Shown: piece after piece, positions 47,454 through 57,691 of the stretch
How positions within the stretch are numbered: position 1 is the stretch's first letter
Layout of the letters: each line of letters starts with the position of its first letter
NCBI GenBank assembly: GCA_028709965.1
Contig: JAQUTA010000001.1
Location: 2,521-66,520 of the forward strand
Reading direction: 5' to 3'
DNA length: 64,000 nt
Source: Lutispora sp.
GTDB lineage: Bacteria; Bacillota; Clostridia; Lutisporales; Lutisporaceae
Notes under the pieces: model-generated
Databases searched by the model: none
The model's input: the letters and a program-made list of their open reading frames with translations, nothing else
What the model was told of the DNA's origin: nothing
Program-made: the position numbers and the translations under genes

Positions 47454-48479
47454 TTGAGGTATATAGATTTGAGAAGCGATACTGTGACTATGCCTACTGT
47501 AGAGATGAGAAAAGCCATGTTTGAGGCTGAAGTAGGTGATGATGTATATGGAGATGATCCAACCATAAATGCTTTGGAGAAACTTTCTGCAGAAATAGTA
47601 GGGAAAGAAGCAGCCATGTTTGTTCCTAGTGGTACAATGGGTAACCAACTAGGAGTTATGACACACACTTTTAGGGGTGATGAGGTAATTTTGGGTGAAA
47701 ATGCCCATATAGCAGTTCACGAAGTAGGAGCCACAGCGGTATTATCTGGAGTTCAGCTAAGGACTATCAAAAGCAGTGATGATATACTCTATCCAGAGTT
47801 AATCCAAAAAGCTATAAGATTCGATGATATACATGAGCCTAGAACCGGGCTTATATGTTTGGAAAATGCTCTTGCTAATGGAACTGTAGTTCCCCTTGAT
47901 GTTATGAAAAAGATATTTGAAATTGCAAAGCATCACCAAATTCCTATACATCTTGATGGAGCAAGGTTGTTTAATGCAGCTACAGCCTTGGGTGTGTCTG
48001 CGGCTCAAATTGTCCAATATACCGACTCAGTCCAGTTTTGTATTTCCAAAGGCTTGTGTGCTCCTATAGGCTCAATGCTTGCAGGTACCAAAGCCTTTAT
48101 AAATAAAGCAAGAAAGAATAGAAAGCTCTTAGGCGGTGGCATGAGACAGGCAGGTATTCTAGCCGCAGCCGGGATAATTGCTCTTGAAAAAATGACAAAG
48201 CGTCTTGAAGAGGATCATGAGAACGCCAGATATTTGGGAAAAAGACTTTTAGAAATTCCAGGTGTAGAGCTTGATCTAGAAAAGATCCATATTAACATGG
48301 TATTCTTCAAATTAAATCGTCCTAGTTTTAACCCGGATGTGCTTGTATCCAAATTTTTCGAAAAGGGTATAAAGATAAATGGTGAAGAAGGCGGACTTTT
48401 CAGATTTGTCACTAATAATGATGTGAGTAAAAAGGATATAGATTTTGTAATTGATTCTATGAAAGAAATATTATTATAA
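47454..48479 (+). CDS. ltaE: Low-specificity L-threonine aldolase
   Basis: DLRSDTVT, GDDVYGDD, SGTMGN, HLDGAR, SKGL and GGGMRQ motifs. Confidence 0.96.
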   Translation: MRYIDLRSDTVTMPTVEMRKAMFEAEVGDDVYGDDPTINALEKLSAEIVGKEAAMFVPSGTMGNQLGVMTHTFRGDEVILGENAHIAVHEVGATAVLSGVQLRTIKSSDDILYPELIQKAIRFDDIHEPRTGLICLENALANGTVVPLDVMKKIFEIAKHHQIPIHLDGARLFNAATALGVSAAQIVQYTDSVQFCISKGLCAPIGSMLAGTKAFINKARKNRKLLGGGMRQAGILAAAGIIALEKMTKRLEEDHENARYLGKRLLEIPGVELDLEKIHINMVFFKLNRPSFNPDVLVSKFFEKGIKINGEEGGLFRFVTNNDVSKKDIDFVIDSMKEILL

Positions 48480-48486
48480 GGGTGCA

Positions 48487-49497
48487 TCACGCACCCTTTG
48501 TTTTTTGTTTTTTTAGCAGAAATATGAAGAATGGACCTCCCATTATGGAGGTCATAACACCTACCGGAATTTCTGCAGGCTGGATAAGGACTCGGCCTAG
48601 AGCATCAGAAAGCATCAGTATTGCTCCTCCCATTATGGCACTATAAGGTATTAGCTTTCTATTGTCTGAACCCCAGATAATCCTTACTATATGAGGTGCT
48701 ACTAGACCTAAAAAACCTATGGTGCCTCCCGTGGATACCACAGCTCCAACTATTAAAGAGCATATTACAAGCAAAATATATTTCAGTTTCTCAACATCCA
48801 CCCCAATATAATGAGCTGATTCCTCGCCCAAGGACATAATATTCAATTCTCTGGAAAAAAAGCATAGCACCAATATTCCAGGCAATATAAAAGAACTAGA
48901 GAAAATTAGCTTTTGCCATGTGGCAGAGGATAAGCTCCCCATAGTCCAAAAGACTATTTGCTCTATTTTATTTCTATTTAGCATCATCATAAAGGATATA
49001 ATGGATGAGAGAAAATAGCTCACAGCCACTCCTGATAAGAGCAATGAATTTATAGACACTCTATTTTTGGTTTTAGAAAGAAAATATACAAAGAAAAGGG
49101 TAGCGACAGCCCCCAAGAAGGCAAAAACTCCAGTCGTTGCATAGCCAAATATTCCAATGCCTGAAACTATAGATAACACAGCTCCTAAAGCCGCTCCCGA
49201 AGACATTCCCAGAGTGTATGAATCTACTAATGGGTTTTTGAATACCCCTTGCATAACACCACCTACTGCAGATAAGCCTGCTCCTAAAACCGCAGAAATC
49301 ATAACCCGAGGCAATCTTATATCCATAAGTATAACTCTATTGTCTGTGTTTTCACCTAAAAAAATAATACTCATTATTTCTTTTAGATGTATATCAACAG
49401 CACCAATTCCCACTGCAACAAAAAGACATATGATAAGAAACATTATCAAAATACTTAAGGATAATATGTTTTTTATATATCCGGTGCTTTTATACAT
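48487..49497 (-). CDS. FecCD/BtuC family ABC permease
   Basis: RLPR, NPL, GFLGLVAPH and EIPVG motifs. Confidence 0.93.
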   Translation of the reverse strand: MYKSTGYIKNILSLSILIMFLIICLFVAVGIGAVDIHLKEIMSIIFLGENTDNRVILMDIRLPRVMISAVLGAGLSAVGGVMQGVFKNPLVDSYTLGMSSGAALGAVLSIVSGIGIFGYATTGVFAFLGAVATLFFVYFLSKTKNRVSINSLLLSGVAVSYFLSSIISFMMMLNRNKIEQIVFWTMGSLSSATWQKLIFSSSFILPGILVLCFFSRELNIMSLGEESAHYIGVDVEKLKYILLVICSLIVGAVVSTGGTIGFLGLVAPHIVRIIWGSDNRKLIPYSAIMGGAILMLSDALGRVLIQPAEIPVGVMTSIMGGPFFIFLLKKQKTKGA

Positions 49498-50767
49498 TTT
49501 TTTCATCTGCCTTTATTAATGCTATTTTTAATTCATCTTCTTCAAGCAGTACAACATTAGGCTGTGTTTTTATCTTATTATAAATACTTTGGGCTTCTCC
49601 TCCGGTAAAATCTCTTCTTTGAAAGTTGCTGTCATCTAAAATATATATTGTTTTATCTTTAAGACTATTCTCCATGAGAAGCTCAAGATTTTTTATATTT
49701 GCTTTGCTGAAATATATAGGCAGAAGAATTATGCAATGAGCTCTAATAGCAAGCTCCAAATTCTTTTCATAAGCTTTTTGGGTGATGCTTAAAAAAGGAG
49801 TTTCCTCTGCAATATCTAGTTCATATTGCCTTGAAATAGCCCAATCAGAATCTCCAATATTTAAAACACCTGTAGACACTCCAAAACCATTGCCAACCAA
49901 CTCTTGAATTAATTCTAATCCGCTTCCGCCGCCGCATATCAAATGAACTTTTACATTTCTTATCTTTTTGGGAACTGTTGATATGGGATATAGATAGGTT
50001 TTACCCGTAACAGGATTCTTGCTAATAGTAACATCAGTATTAAAAACATAAGCGATATTTGTACTGTTTAATACTTTTTCAGGCTCTCCTTCATAACATA
50101 CCTTGCCATCTTTAAGCATAATAATATAATCGCTATATGCAGATGCCATGTTCAGATCATGCAGCACTGCTACTGCAGTCAAACCTTCTTCTATAGTCAT
50201 TTTTTTTATCAAGTCCAAAATTTCTACCTGATGCTGCAAGTCCAGATGTGAAATTGGCTCGTCCAAAAGAAGTATACCAGGCTCTTGTGCTAGTGCCTGA
50301 GCCAGTATTACCCTTTGTTTTTCCCCGCCGCTTAATTCGTTGTACAGTCTATGGGAAAACTCAAGAGTATTTGTATATTTCATAGCCCTTTCTGCAATCT
50401 TTATGTCTTCTGCTGTTTCTCCCTTTAGCCTGTTTATATAAGGGTGCCTGCCCATCAATACTATATCCTTTACTCTAAAGTCAAATTCCAAAAGAATATT
50501 TTGTGGTACTACAGAAAGTCTTCTGCTTATTTCTTTTTTGGATAATTCTTTTAAGTTCTCTTCCCCTAAAACAACTATCCCTTTTTGAGGCTTCAAGTAT
50601 CTAGATAGGATTTTCAAAAAAGTGCTTTTCCCTGAACCATTGGGTCCTATTATGCTTATAAAGCTGCCAGCTTTAATTTTAAAATTAATATCTTTCAGCA
50701 CCTCTTTATTTCCATAGTTAAAACCAAGTTCTTCAGCTCTTATTTTATAATCCATTTTCATAACCAT
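49490..50767 (-). CDS. Iron-chelate/cobalamin ABC ATPase with C-terminal extension
   Basis: GPNGSGKST, LSGGE, LLDEP and HDLN motifs; extra VHLICGGGSG domain. Confidence 0.92.
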   Translation of the reverse strand: MVMKMDYKIRAEELGFNYGNKEVLKDINFKIKAGSFISIIGPNGSGKSTFLKILSRYLKPQKGIVVLGEENLKELSKKEISRRLSVVPQNILLEFDFRVKDIVLMGRHPYINRLKGETAEDIKIAERAMKYTNTLEFSHRLYNELSGGEKQRVILAQALAQEPGILLLDEPISHLDLQHQVEILDLIKKMTIEEGLTAVAVLHDLNMASAYSDYIIMLKDGKVCYEGEPEKVLNSTNIAYVFNTDVTISKNPVTGKTYLYPISTVPKKIRNVKVHLICGGGSGLELIQELVGNGFGVSTGVLNIGDSDWAISRQYELDIAEETPFLSITQKAYEKNLELAIRAHCIILLPIYFSKANIKNLELLMENSLKDKTIYILDDSNFQRRDFTGGEAQSIYNKIKTQPNVVLLEEDELKIALIKADEKNV

Positions 50768-50775
50768 CCTATTAT

Positions 50776-51702
50776 CTAAAAAGCATCATTGTGCAACACC
50801 TTTGCCATTTCGTAAATTGCATCTATTATCCTAGGACCCGGTCTTGCTACAATATTGTCATCAGACATAATATGTATCTTCTCATTCTTTACACATTCTA
50901 GTTTTTTGAAAAGATTATCCTCTATAAAATCTTCTTTTCTCATGCCTTTATCAGTAGAATGATAAGCAGCTATAAGAATATCCGGGTTTTGCTTTATCAG
51001 CTCCTCGGCACTGTATTTTGCCCAGCCTTCTACCTCTGCCGCTACATTTTGACCTCCGGCTATTTGAATAATTTCATTTATGAAGGTTCCCTGGCCGGCA
51101 GTGGATAGTGGTTCTGTCCAAACTACATAAAATACCTTTGGTCTGCCTTTTCCAAGGACTTTATTTTTTATATCATCAATATCTTTGTGCATATTGTTTA
51201 TTATTTCTTCTGCCTTTGTCTCTTCTCCCACAAGCTTGCCTATCAAAGCAATAGAATCGAATATTGAGTCAATATCTGATGCTTCGGTAGAAACAACGGG
51301 AATGTCCAAACTTTCAAGGACTTTTATTATATCCTCCTGTATGTAACCTCCAGCTAAAACTACATCTGGTTTTACTTTTTTAATCATTTCTATATTTGGT
51401 CCTTCAAAATCCCCAATTCGTTCAATATTTCTTGTTTCCTCTGGGTAATCACAATAGTTTGTTACTCCGACAAGCTTTTCGCCTGCTCCAAGAGCAAAAA
51501 CAATCTCTGTGTTTGTTGGAGATAAGGATACTATTCTATCTGGTCTTTTCTCTAGTATAACGCTTCTGCCCTTAATATCCATTATATCCATTGCTTTTAA
51601 TTTGCCTTCATTATCTGTGTTGACAGTTCTTTGACATGAAGTCAATGAGAATACAAGTATAAATACAACGGTTATTTGAATTACTTTTTTAAATATATTC
51701 AT
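50776..51702 (-). CDS. Cobalamin/iron-chelate binding lipoprotein (BtuF-like)
   Basis: Lipobox LTSC; RIVSLSPTNTE, YCDYP and RPGPR motifs. Confidence 0.88.
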   Translation of the reverse strand: MNIFKKVIQITVVFILVFSLTSCQRTVNTDNEGKLKAMDIMDIKGRSVILEKRPDRIVSLSPTNTEIVFALGAGEKLVGVTNYCDYPEETRNIERIGDFEGPNIEMIKKVKPDVVLAGGYIQEDIIKVLESLDIPVVSTEASDIDSIFDSIALIGKLVGEETKAEEIINNMHKDIDDIKNKVLGKGRPKVFYVVWTEPLSTAGQGTFINEIIQIAGGQNVAAEVEGWAKYSAEELIKQNPDILIAAYHSTDKGMRKEDFIEDNLFKKLECVKNEKIHIMSDDNIVARPGPRIIDAIYEMAKVLHNDAF

Positions 51703-51935
51703 TGTAATACTCCCCCAAAATAGTTATATTCCATAGTGGCATTAAACAAAAAGCCCTTCTCCTGAGAGAAAGGTGAGCTGCGACTTCATGATTATTATTT
51801 TAGCATATGCCATATTGTTTTACAACAATATGTGCTTAATGATACTTTAGAACTATTTGCCTAAATATAGCATATTTGATATAATTGGTATAATATTTGA
51901 CAAATTATTTCAAATATTCTTCATGGGGTGATTAT

Positions 51936-52973
51936 GTGATTAATGAATTAACAATCGATGTCGCAGAATGTATACCTGGAATGAAAGTATCCCAAGATAT
52001 CTCTAATAATTATGGAGCCATTCTTTTACACAAGGATACTGTTTTAGATTATTATACTATTAATAAATTGATGAATCTTGGCATCGAAAAATTAAAAGTA
52101 TTAGAAGAATTTGAGTCTAAAGTAATCACTGAGTCAACTGTTACAGCAACCTATGTTGAAAAAGTAAATGAATTTAAAACTATTATAAAAGACATTGGCA
52201 ATGGCAAAACTTTAGATACTCTAAAAGTTCAAACAATAGTTAATGATTTGCAAAATAGTTTTACTTCAGTCAACGATATTGTTTCAAATCTTAATGGTAT
52301 CAGATCCATTGACGAATACACTTACTCCCATAGTGTAAATGTTTCATTATTATGTTTTCTTATTGGCAGTTGGTTAAACCTCAGCCCTGTCCAAAAGAAA
52401 ATTCTTTCTTATTGTGGTTTGCTTCATGATATAGGTAAATCAAAAATATCTCAAGAAATATTAAATAAGCCTGGTCCCTTAACACCTAAAGAATATGAAG
52501 AAATGAAAAAGCACTCCGTTTTAGGCTATAAGATACTTGAAGCTAACATAGCAATAAGCAAGGATGTTATGATTGGTGTTCTATTGCATCATGAAAGAGA
52601 GGATGGCTCCGGTTATCCATTTGGTATCAAAGGAGATCAAATAAGCCTGTATGCTAAAATTATCTCTATAGCAGATGTGTTCGATGCCATGACTTCAGAT
52701 CGAGTATATCGAAAGCGTCAAACACCTTTTGATGTTCTTCAAATGTATGAAAGTGAGTACTTGACTAAGTGTAACACTAGCATTCTGCTCACATTTCTTA
52801 ATAGAATAGCCCACTATTACATTGGCAGTAGAGTAAGGCTGAGCAATGATTCTTGGGGAGAGATAGTATTCATTAATCAAAGCTCCATTTCAAAACCTAT
52901 GATAAAGTTGGAAGATTCAAGTATAATTGATTTAAGCATAGAAAAAAATATTTCTATTGTAGAAATATTTTAA
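51936..52973 (+). CDS. HD-GYP cyclic dinucleotide phosphodiesterase
   Basis: HSVNV, HDIGK, HHEREDGSGYP and DVFDAMTS motifs. Confidence 0.93.
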   Translation: MINELTIDVAECIPGMKVSQDISNNYGAILLHKDTVLDYYTINKLMNLGIEKLKVLEEFESKVITESTVTATYVEKVNEFKTIIKDIGNGKTLDTLKVQTIVNDLQNSFTSVNDIVSNLNGIRSIDEYTYSHSVNVSLLCFLIGSWLNLSPVQKKILSYCGLLHDIGKSKISQEILNKPGPLTPKEYEEMKKHSVLGYKILEANIAISKDVMIGVLLHHEREDGSGYPFGIKGDQISLYAKIISIADVFDAMTSDRVYRKRQTPFDVLQMYESEYLTKCNTSILLTFLNRIAHYYIGSRVRLSNDSWGEIVFINQSSISKPMIKLEDSSIIDLSIEKNISIVEIF

Positions 52974-53055
52974 GTTTAAAAGAGCATAGGACTAAATAAT
53001 GAAATATCTGGTATAATAGAATTGTTAATGTATTTCATACAAGGAGGTAATAAAA

Positions 53056-53985
53056 ATGCCTTTGGTAACATCAAAGGAAATGTTCAAAAGAGCATATGAT
53101 GAGAAATATGCTGTAGGAGCATTTAATGTAAACAATATGGAGATAATCCAGGGAATAGTAGAGGCGGCAAAAGAAGAGCAAGCACCTCTAATACTGCAAG
53201 TCTCTGCAGGTGCGAGGAAATACGCAAAGCACATCTATCTGATGAAATTGGTAGAAGCTGCAGTAGAGGACAGTGGTTTACCTATTTGTCTTCACCTGGA
53301 TCATGGTGAGGATTTCGAAATATGCAAATCCTGCATCGATGGAGGCTTTACATCTGTTATGATAGATGGATCAAAGCATCCCTTCGAAGAAAATATTGCC
53401 CTCACTAAAAAGGTTGTAGAGTATGCCCATGATAAGGGAATTGTTGTAGAAGCCGAGTTGGGAAGGCTTGCAGGTATTGAAGATGCTGTCAATGTGAGCG
53501 GCAGAGATGCCAGTTTCACTGACCCAGACCAAGCAGTTGAGTTTGTTGAAAGAACAGGCGTAGATTCTCTTGCAATAGCTATAGGAACAAGCCATGGGGC
53601 TTATAAATTCAAAGGAGAACCTATGCTGGATTTTGCAAGATTGGAGAGAATCAGTGAATTGCTTCCTGATTACCCTCTAGTACTCCATGGTGCATCCACA
53701 GTTTTGCCCGAGTTTGTAGATTTGTGCAATACTTATGGAGGTCATGTCCCCGGAGCAAAAGGGGTGCCGGAGGAAATGCTCTTAAGAGCTGGAAAACTAG
53801 GAGTATGCAAAATAAATATAGACACAGATTTAAGGCTTGCAATGACTGCTTCCATCAGAAAGCATTTCAATGAAAATCCCGGTGATTTTGATCCAAGGCA
53901 GTATTTAAGGCCTGCTAGAGAAGCAATAAAAAATATGGTAAGGCATAAGATGAAAAATGTATTGAATTGCAGTGGTAAACTATAA
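53056..53985 (+). CDS. fba: Class II fructose-bisphosphate aldolase
   Basis: HLDHG, EAELG, GTSHGAYK, LHG and KINIDT motifs. Confidence 0.96.
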   Translation: MPLVTSKEMFKRAYDEKYAVGAFNVNNMEIIQGIVEAAKEEQAPLILQVSAGARKYAKHIYLMKLVEAAVEDSGLPICLHLDHGEDFEICKSCIDGGFTSVMIDGSKHPFEENIALTKKVVEYAHDKGIVVEAELGRLAGIEDAVNVSGRDASFTDPDQAVEFVERTGVDSLAIAIGTSHGAYKFKGEPMLDFARLERISELLPDYPLVLHGASTVLPEFVDLCNTYGGHVPGAKGVPEEMLLRAGKLGVCKINIDTDLRLAMTASIRKHFNENPGDFDPRQYLRPAREAIKNMVRHKMKNVLNCSGKL

Positions 53986-54057
53986 AAATAGAGCAGCATG
54001 ATGAAGTTGTAAACTCAAAGCAGACATGTAAAAAGAGCATGGCTGCTTTTTTATTGC

Positions 54058-54774
54058 TTATATAACGCTCGGCATACCTTCTATGTATTGCAGGAAGCCC
54101 AGGCTGTCGGAGCTATAATCCGGCGTATATGGACTGTCTTTTTTGATTACACAGTCAGTGACCAAATAAGTTGATATGCCTAACTTTTTAGCTACCATAT
54201 CTTCCAACATATCATTGCCCACCATCATGCATTTTTCTGGTTTTTTGTTATTAATTTTCAATATGTCCTCATAAAACTTGTGATTTGGCTTGCAAAAGCG
54301 GCATATCTCAAAATTAGTCACATAACTAAAATCCTTCAGAGAAAAGCCAGCCCAATTTATTCTTTTATTGATGGCAACTTTAGGAAAAAGCGGATTGGTA
54401 GCTACGATTATATCATATCCCTTTGTTTTAAGCTTGTTCACTGCATTTATCATATTCTCTATTCTAAATGTACAATCTCTAACAAGGTCAAATTCATTGT
54501 CATAGAATTCATTAAAGCCATTAAGGAATAAATCCTGCTGCTCTCTCTCTATGAGAGTATTAAATCTTTCAAAAAATATTTCCTGATTCAATCTAACTCC
54601 ATCAGAATTTTTCACCATATGTATGGTTGATTCCCATATATTTTTATACAGCGCCTCCGGGCTGCAATGCTTTTCGAATTTATTTGCAAGCAGTGAAAAA
54701 TATTTTTTCTCAAAGTCATTATTATCCATTCCCAACAAAGTACCATCTAAATCGAACAAAATCGTATTTATCAT
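54058..54774 (-). CDS. HAD family hydrolase
   Basis: FDLDGTL, ATNP, CKP and MVGND motifs. Confidence 0.9.
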   Translation of the reverse strand: MINTILFDLDGTLLGMDNNDFEKKYFSLLANKFEKHCSPEALYKNIWESTIHMVKNSDGVRLNQEIFFERFNTLIEREQQDLFLNGFNEFYDNEFDLVRDCTFRIENMINAVNKLKTKGYDIIVATNPLFPKVAINKRINWAGFSLKDFSYVTNFEICRFCKPNHKFYEDILKINNKKPEKCMMVGNDMLEDMVAKKLGISTYLVTDCVIKKDSPYTPDYSSDSLGFLQYIEGMPSVI

Positions 54775-54776
54775 CT

Positions 54777-55283
54777 CTAATCTTTCCTCCAAAAAATTCT
54801 AATTCTATCACAATAGTAAAAAATCATTCGTGTAAAAATATAATCATACAATACAGAAACAATTTGAAGCCCCAGAATCAGCCAAATGATTGGAATAGGC
54901 AATATTACGCCTACCAAAAAGAGCCTAGTCCATATAAAATATATGGATAAGAAGGCAATATTGAAAAACAGCAACTTCAGCACTATCTCTATATATATTA
55001 TCCTAGTCTTCTCTATATAATACTTTACTAGTGGGAAAAGGCCAAAGATAAAAATATAAGGTATAATATTTATCGGATTTCCTAAAATCAGCAAAGACAT
55101 CAATGATACAGCGCTGTATAAAAGCCAAGCCTGTCTAGCTCCCATTTCAACTAAAATCAATCCGGGCATAAGTCCTGACAAAAAATACATAGTAAGCTTC
55201 ATCGAAGGCATGTAAGAAGCTAAATATAAAAGTATTATATTTATAGCGGTCAAAATGCCTCCAAGGGCAACCTTTCTTCCCAA
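54777..55283 (-). CDS. Multi-TM hypothetical membrane protein
   Basis: About five hydrophobic segments; TTG start assumed. Confidence 0.75.
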   Translation of the reverse strand: MGRKVALGGILTAINIILLYLASYMPSMKLTMYFLSGLMPGLILVEMGARQAWLLYSAVSLMSLLILGNPINIIPYIFIFGLFPLVKYYIEKTRIIYIEIVLKLLFFNIAFLSIYFIWTRLFLVGVILPIPIIWLILGLQIVSVLYDYIFTRMIFYYCDRIRIFWRKD

Positions 55284-55297
55284 TTTATCACAGCCTT

Positions 55298-55909
55298 TTA
55301 TATGCAATTTATTAGATTTCCGCCCATACATTCACAGCAGCAATCTGAGCAAATAAGACATTGGCACATTGTGCAAAGATCTGGTCCTCCGCCGGAGCTA
55401 TATCGTCTCGTATAACCATTGTTCTGATATTGATTGTTAGCATAGGCTATCCTATTTAACGCATCTCTATATTCCATATTTGAAGGCTCCATGTTCACTG
55501 CAATATTTATGCTGCTGACTGCTTCATTGTACCAACCTTTTCTCATAAAAATTAGACCTCTCAAATAATGCCACTCTGCATCCTTCGTATTGATTCTATT
55601 TAGCAAGTTTTCAGCCTGTTGTATATTCCCATTCATTATATTCATTCTTACTTGTGAATATAGATTAGTATCGCTATAACCTTGAGTATTTCCTTGAGTT
55701 TTATAACTTGATCTTTTGTTCTCACTTTCTCTGAGTAAGCTGTCATATGCTTGGTTTATCTCTTTTAATTTTTCTTCTGCCAATCCAGAAAGGGGATTAT
55801 TCTGATATTGATCCGGATGATATTTCTTCACCAAATCCTTATATGCTCTTTTTATTTCATCAATTGAAGCTCCTTCCCTTATATTCAGTACCTCGTAGGG
55901 ATTTCTCAT
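55298..55909 (-). CDS. J-domain protein with TPR and Cys-rich tail
   Basis: NPYEVL, KYHPD and INQAY motifs; AEWHYLRG; tail [19 protein letters not shown]. Confidence 0.9.
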   Translation of the reverse strand: MRNPYEVLNIREGASIDEIKRAYKDLVKKYHPDQYQNNPLSGLAEEKLKEINQAYDSLLRESENKRSSYKTQGNTQGYSDTNLYSQVRMNIMNGNIQQAENLLNRINTKDAEWHYLRGLIFMRKGWYNEAVSSINIAVNMEPSNMEYRDALNRIAYANNQYQNNGYTRRYSSGGGPDLCTMCQCLICSDCCCECMGGNLINCI

Positions 55910-56777
55910 CCTTCTTGCAGCTCCTTCCTTCCAAAATGCTTTTTGTTTTTTTGTCCATGCCTAAATATAATATATTTTCTATAATGCTTCTATTATTCAT
56001 TTCAAGCAGTTCAAAGGCTGACGCTGCTTGGGCTAATGTGTGAATAAGATTGAAACTGACTTCTTCCTTAATTTTATCCCTAAATATTACTATATCTTCA
56101 TTTTTGTATTCATACTGAATCAAAAGAGGATTATAGTTATTTCTTTGGATATCTTTTTCAATATCATCAAAAGCATCAATAATATATATCCACTTTCCCA
56201 GATTATAGCTCATCCAGTCCACAGCTTCTTCCTCTTTTTTATTGCTGCTTTTATAACCTAACTTAACAATGCCTCTGATTAAATCTGCAAAAGGATCCGC
56301 CGCCACATCCATTGAGTTGCATTTTTGCTTTTCAAGAACATAGAGCTTTTCTAGTGATTGCTTAATATGAAGCTCCGCATCTATATTGTTTTTTATTACC
56401 TCTTTATATGCTGGATGAATTATAAGCTGACCTAGCCTAGCAAATAAGTTTTTTTCATCCTTCCAATCATCTTGGAGCTTATAATAAGTAAGTATTATAT
56501 TTATATCGCTTGAAAAATTTACACTTGAGCTTTTCTTTACCACCCATTTCTTTTTTAATGGGTTGGCTATGCAAGCCTCGTATTCCAAGCTAACCTCTTC
56601 CTTATTTATTGAAGATAAAAACAAACCCAAAAATACCGAATCATAATTGAGCCCTAATCTGCATATGGGACCAAAGCTTTTACCCATTGATTTGCAAACC
56701 CCGCAGTAATAAGCTCTAAATAACTCATATTCTTTTATCTTCATTTCACCCTTATCTGGTGCAATATATCCAAACAT
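55860..56777 (-). CDS. DUF5685 family protein
   Basis: MFGY, YYCGVC, LNYD, LQDDWKD and [14 protein letters not shown] motifs. Confidence 0.82.
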   Translation of the reverse strand: MFGYIAPDKGEMKIKEYELFRAYYCGVCKSMGKSFGPICRLGLNYDSVFLGLFLSSINKEEVSLEYEACIANPLKKKWVVKKSSSVNFSSDINIILTYYKLQDDWKDEKNLFARLGQLIIHPAYKEVIKNNIDAELHIKQSLEKLYVLEKQKCNSMDVAADPFADLIRGIVKLGYKSSNKKEEEAVDWMSYNLGKWIYIIDAFDDIEKDIQRNNYNPLLIQYEYKNEDIVIFRDKIKEEVSFNLIHTLAQAASAFELLEMNNRSIIENILYLGMDKKTKSILEGRSCKKDEKSLRGTEYKGRSFN

Positions 56778-56926
56778 AATTTCTCCTTGCCTTAAGACTG
56801 CTTTTTTCATTATATCATAGCTTAATTCACTTTTCAGCTAAAAAACAACACAGGCTAATGACCATACTGTTTTCAGTATAGCCTTCAGCCTGCTTTTTTT
56901 GTATTAATGTTATAAGTTAATTATAT

Positions 56927-57334
56927 CTATAAGTATGCTTTTAAAAACTCCGGTACGTTATCGGGGTTTCTGCTCAAACTAACTACAAAGCTTACTCCAA
57001 AATCTTTATATAGTTTCTCCATATTTTTGACAAAGCCTTGCAAGCAGTCTTCTTCCGCGTTAGATATAACCCTCTGTCCATCAATGAAAACTTTTTCAAT
57101 ATCAAAGTTCTGAGAAATAACTCCACACAAAAAACCATAAAAAGCCTTCAAGTTCTCAATCTGAAATTCTCCAGCATTGATGAATCGAAGACTTCTATCC
57201 AAATCGTACATATGATTATTGTCCCTGTCGATGTACACAACATGACCTTTAGAAGCCTTTGATGCTTCATTAGCCATGTCAATCATTACCTTGGTCTTTC
57301 CGGTGCCCTTTTCACCTACAATAAACTTCACCAT
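56927..57334 (-). CDS. Small P-loop hypothetical protein
   Basis: GEKGTGKT Walker A; VFID. Confidence 0.8.
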   Translation of the reverse strand: MVKFIVGEKGTGKTKVMIDMANEASKASKGHVVYIDRDNNHMYDLDRSLRFINAGEFQIENLKAFYGFLCGVISQNFDIEKVFIDGQRVISNAEEDCLQGFVKNMEKLYKDFGVSFVVSLSRNPDNVPEFLKAYL

Positions 57335-57691
57335 TTTAATTACCCCCTAACATATTTTTTTTAGAGATTAATTAGAGAATACTATATTTCGAAGATTATT
57401 TCAATTGTTATTTCGCTAAATATTAATTATTTATCGATATATCGCACATTGCTTCTGATGTTTTAATTATGAGCAATGTTCTGAAAAAGCCTTCTATATA
57501 TAGACATTATCAATTATCAGAGAAATTTTACTATTTACATTATTCTTTAACTTTGAGATAATAAAACCAGAATATATATTTATATCTTTTTTTGTTTTTA
57601 CAGTTGGAAGTTTTTTAAAATTTGTCTAGTTGCATTTATTCTCGGTTATTTATTTTTTCACCTGTGATACCAAAAAAAGAAATAATACATT

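Noticed and set aside
57335-57691. Lysine, SAM or T-box riboswitch, or sigma54 promoter, upstream of nhaC
   Set aside because: The region is very AT-rich with none of the conserved motifs
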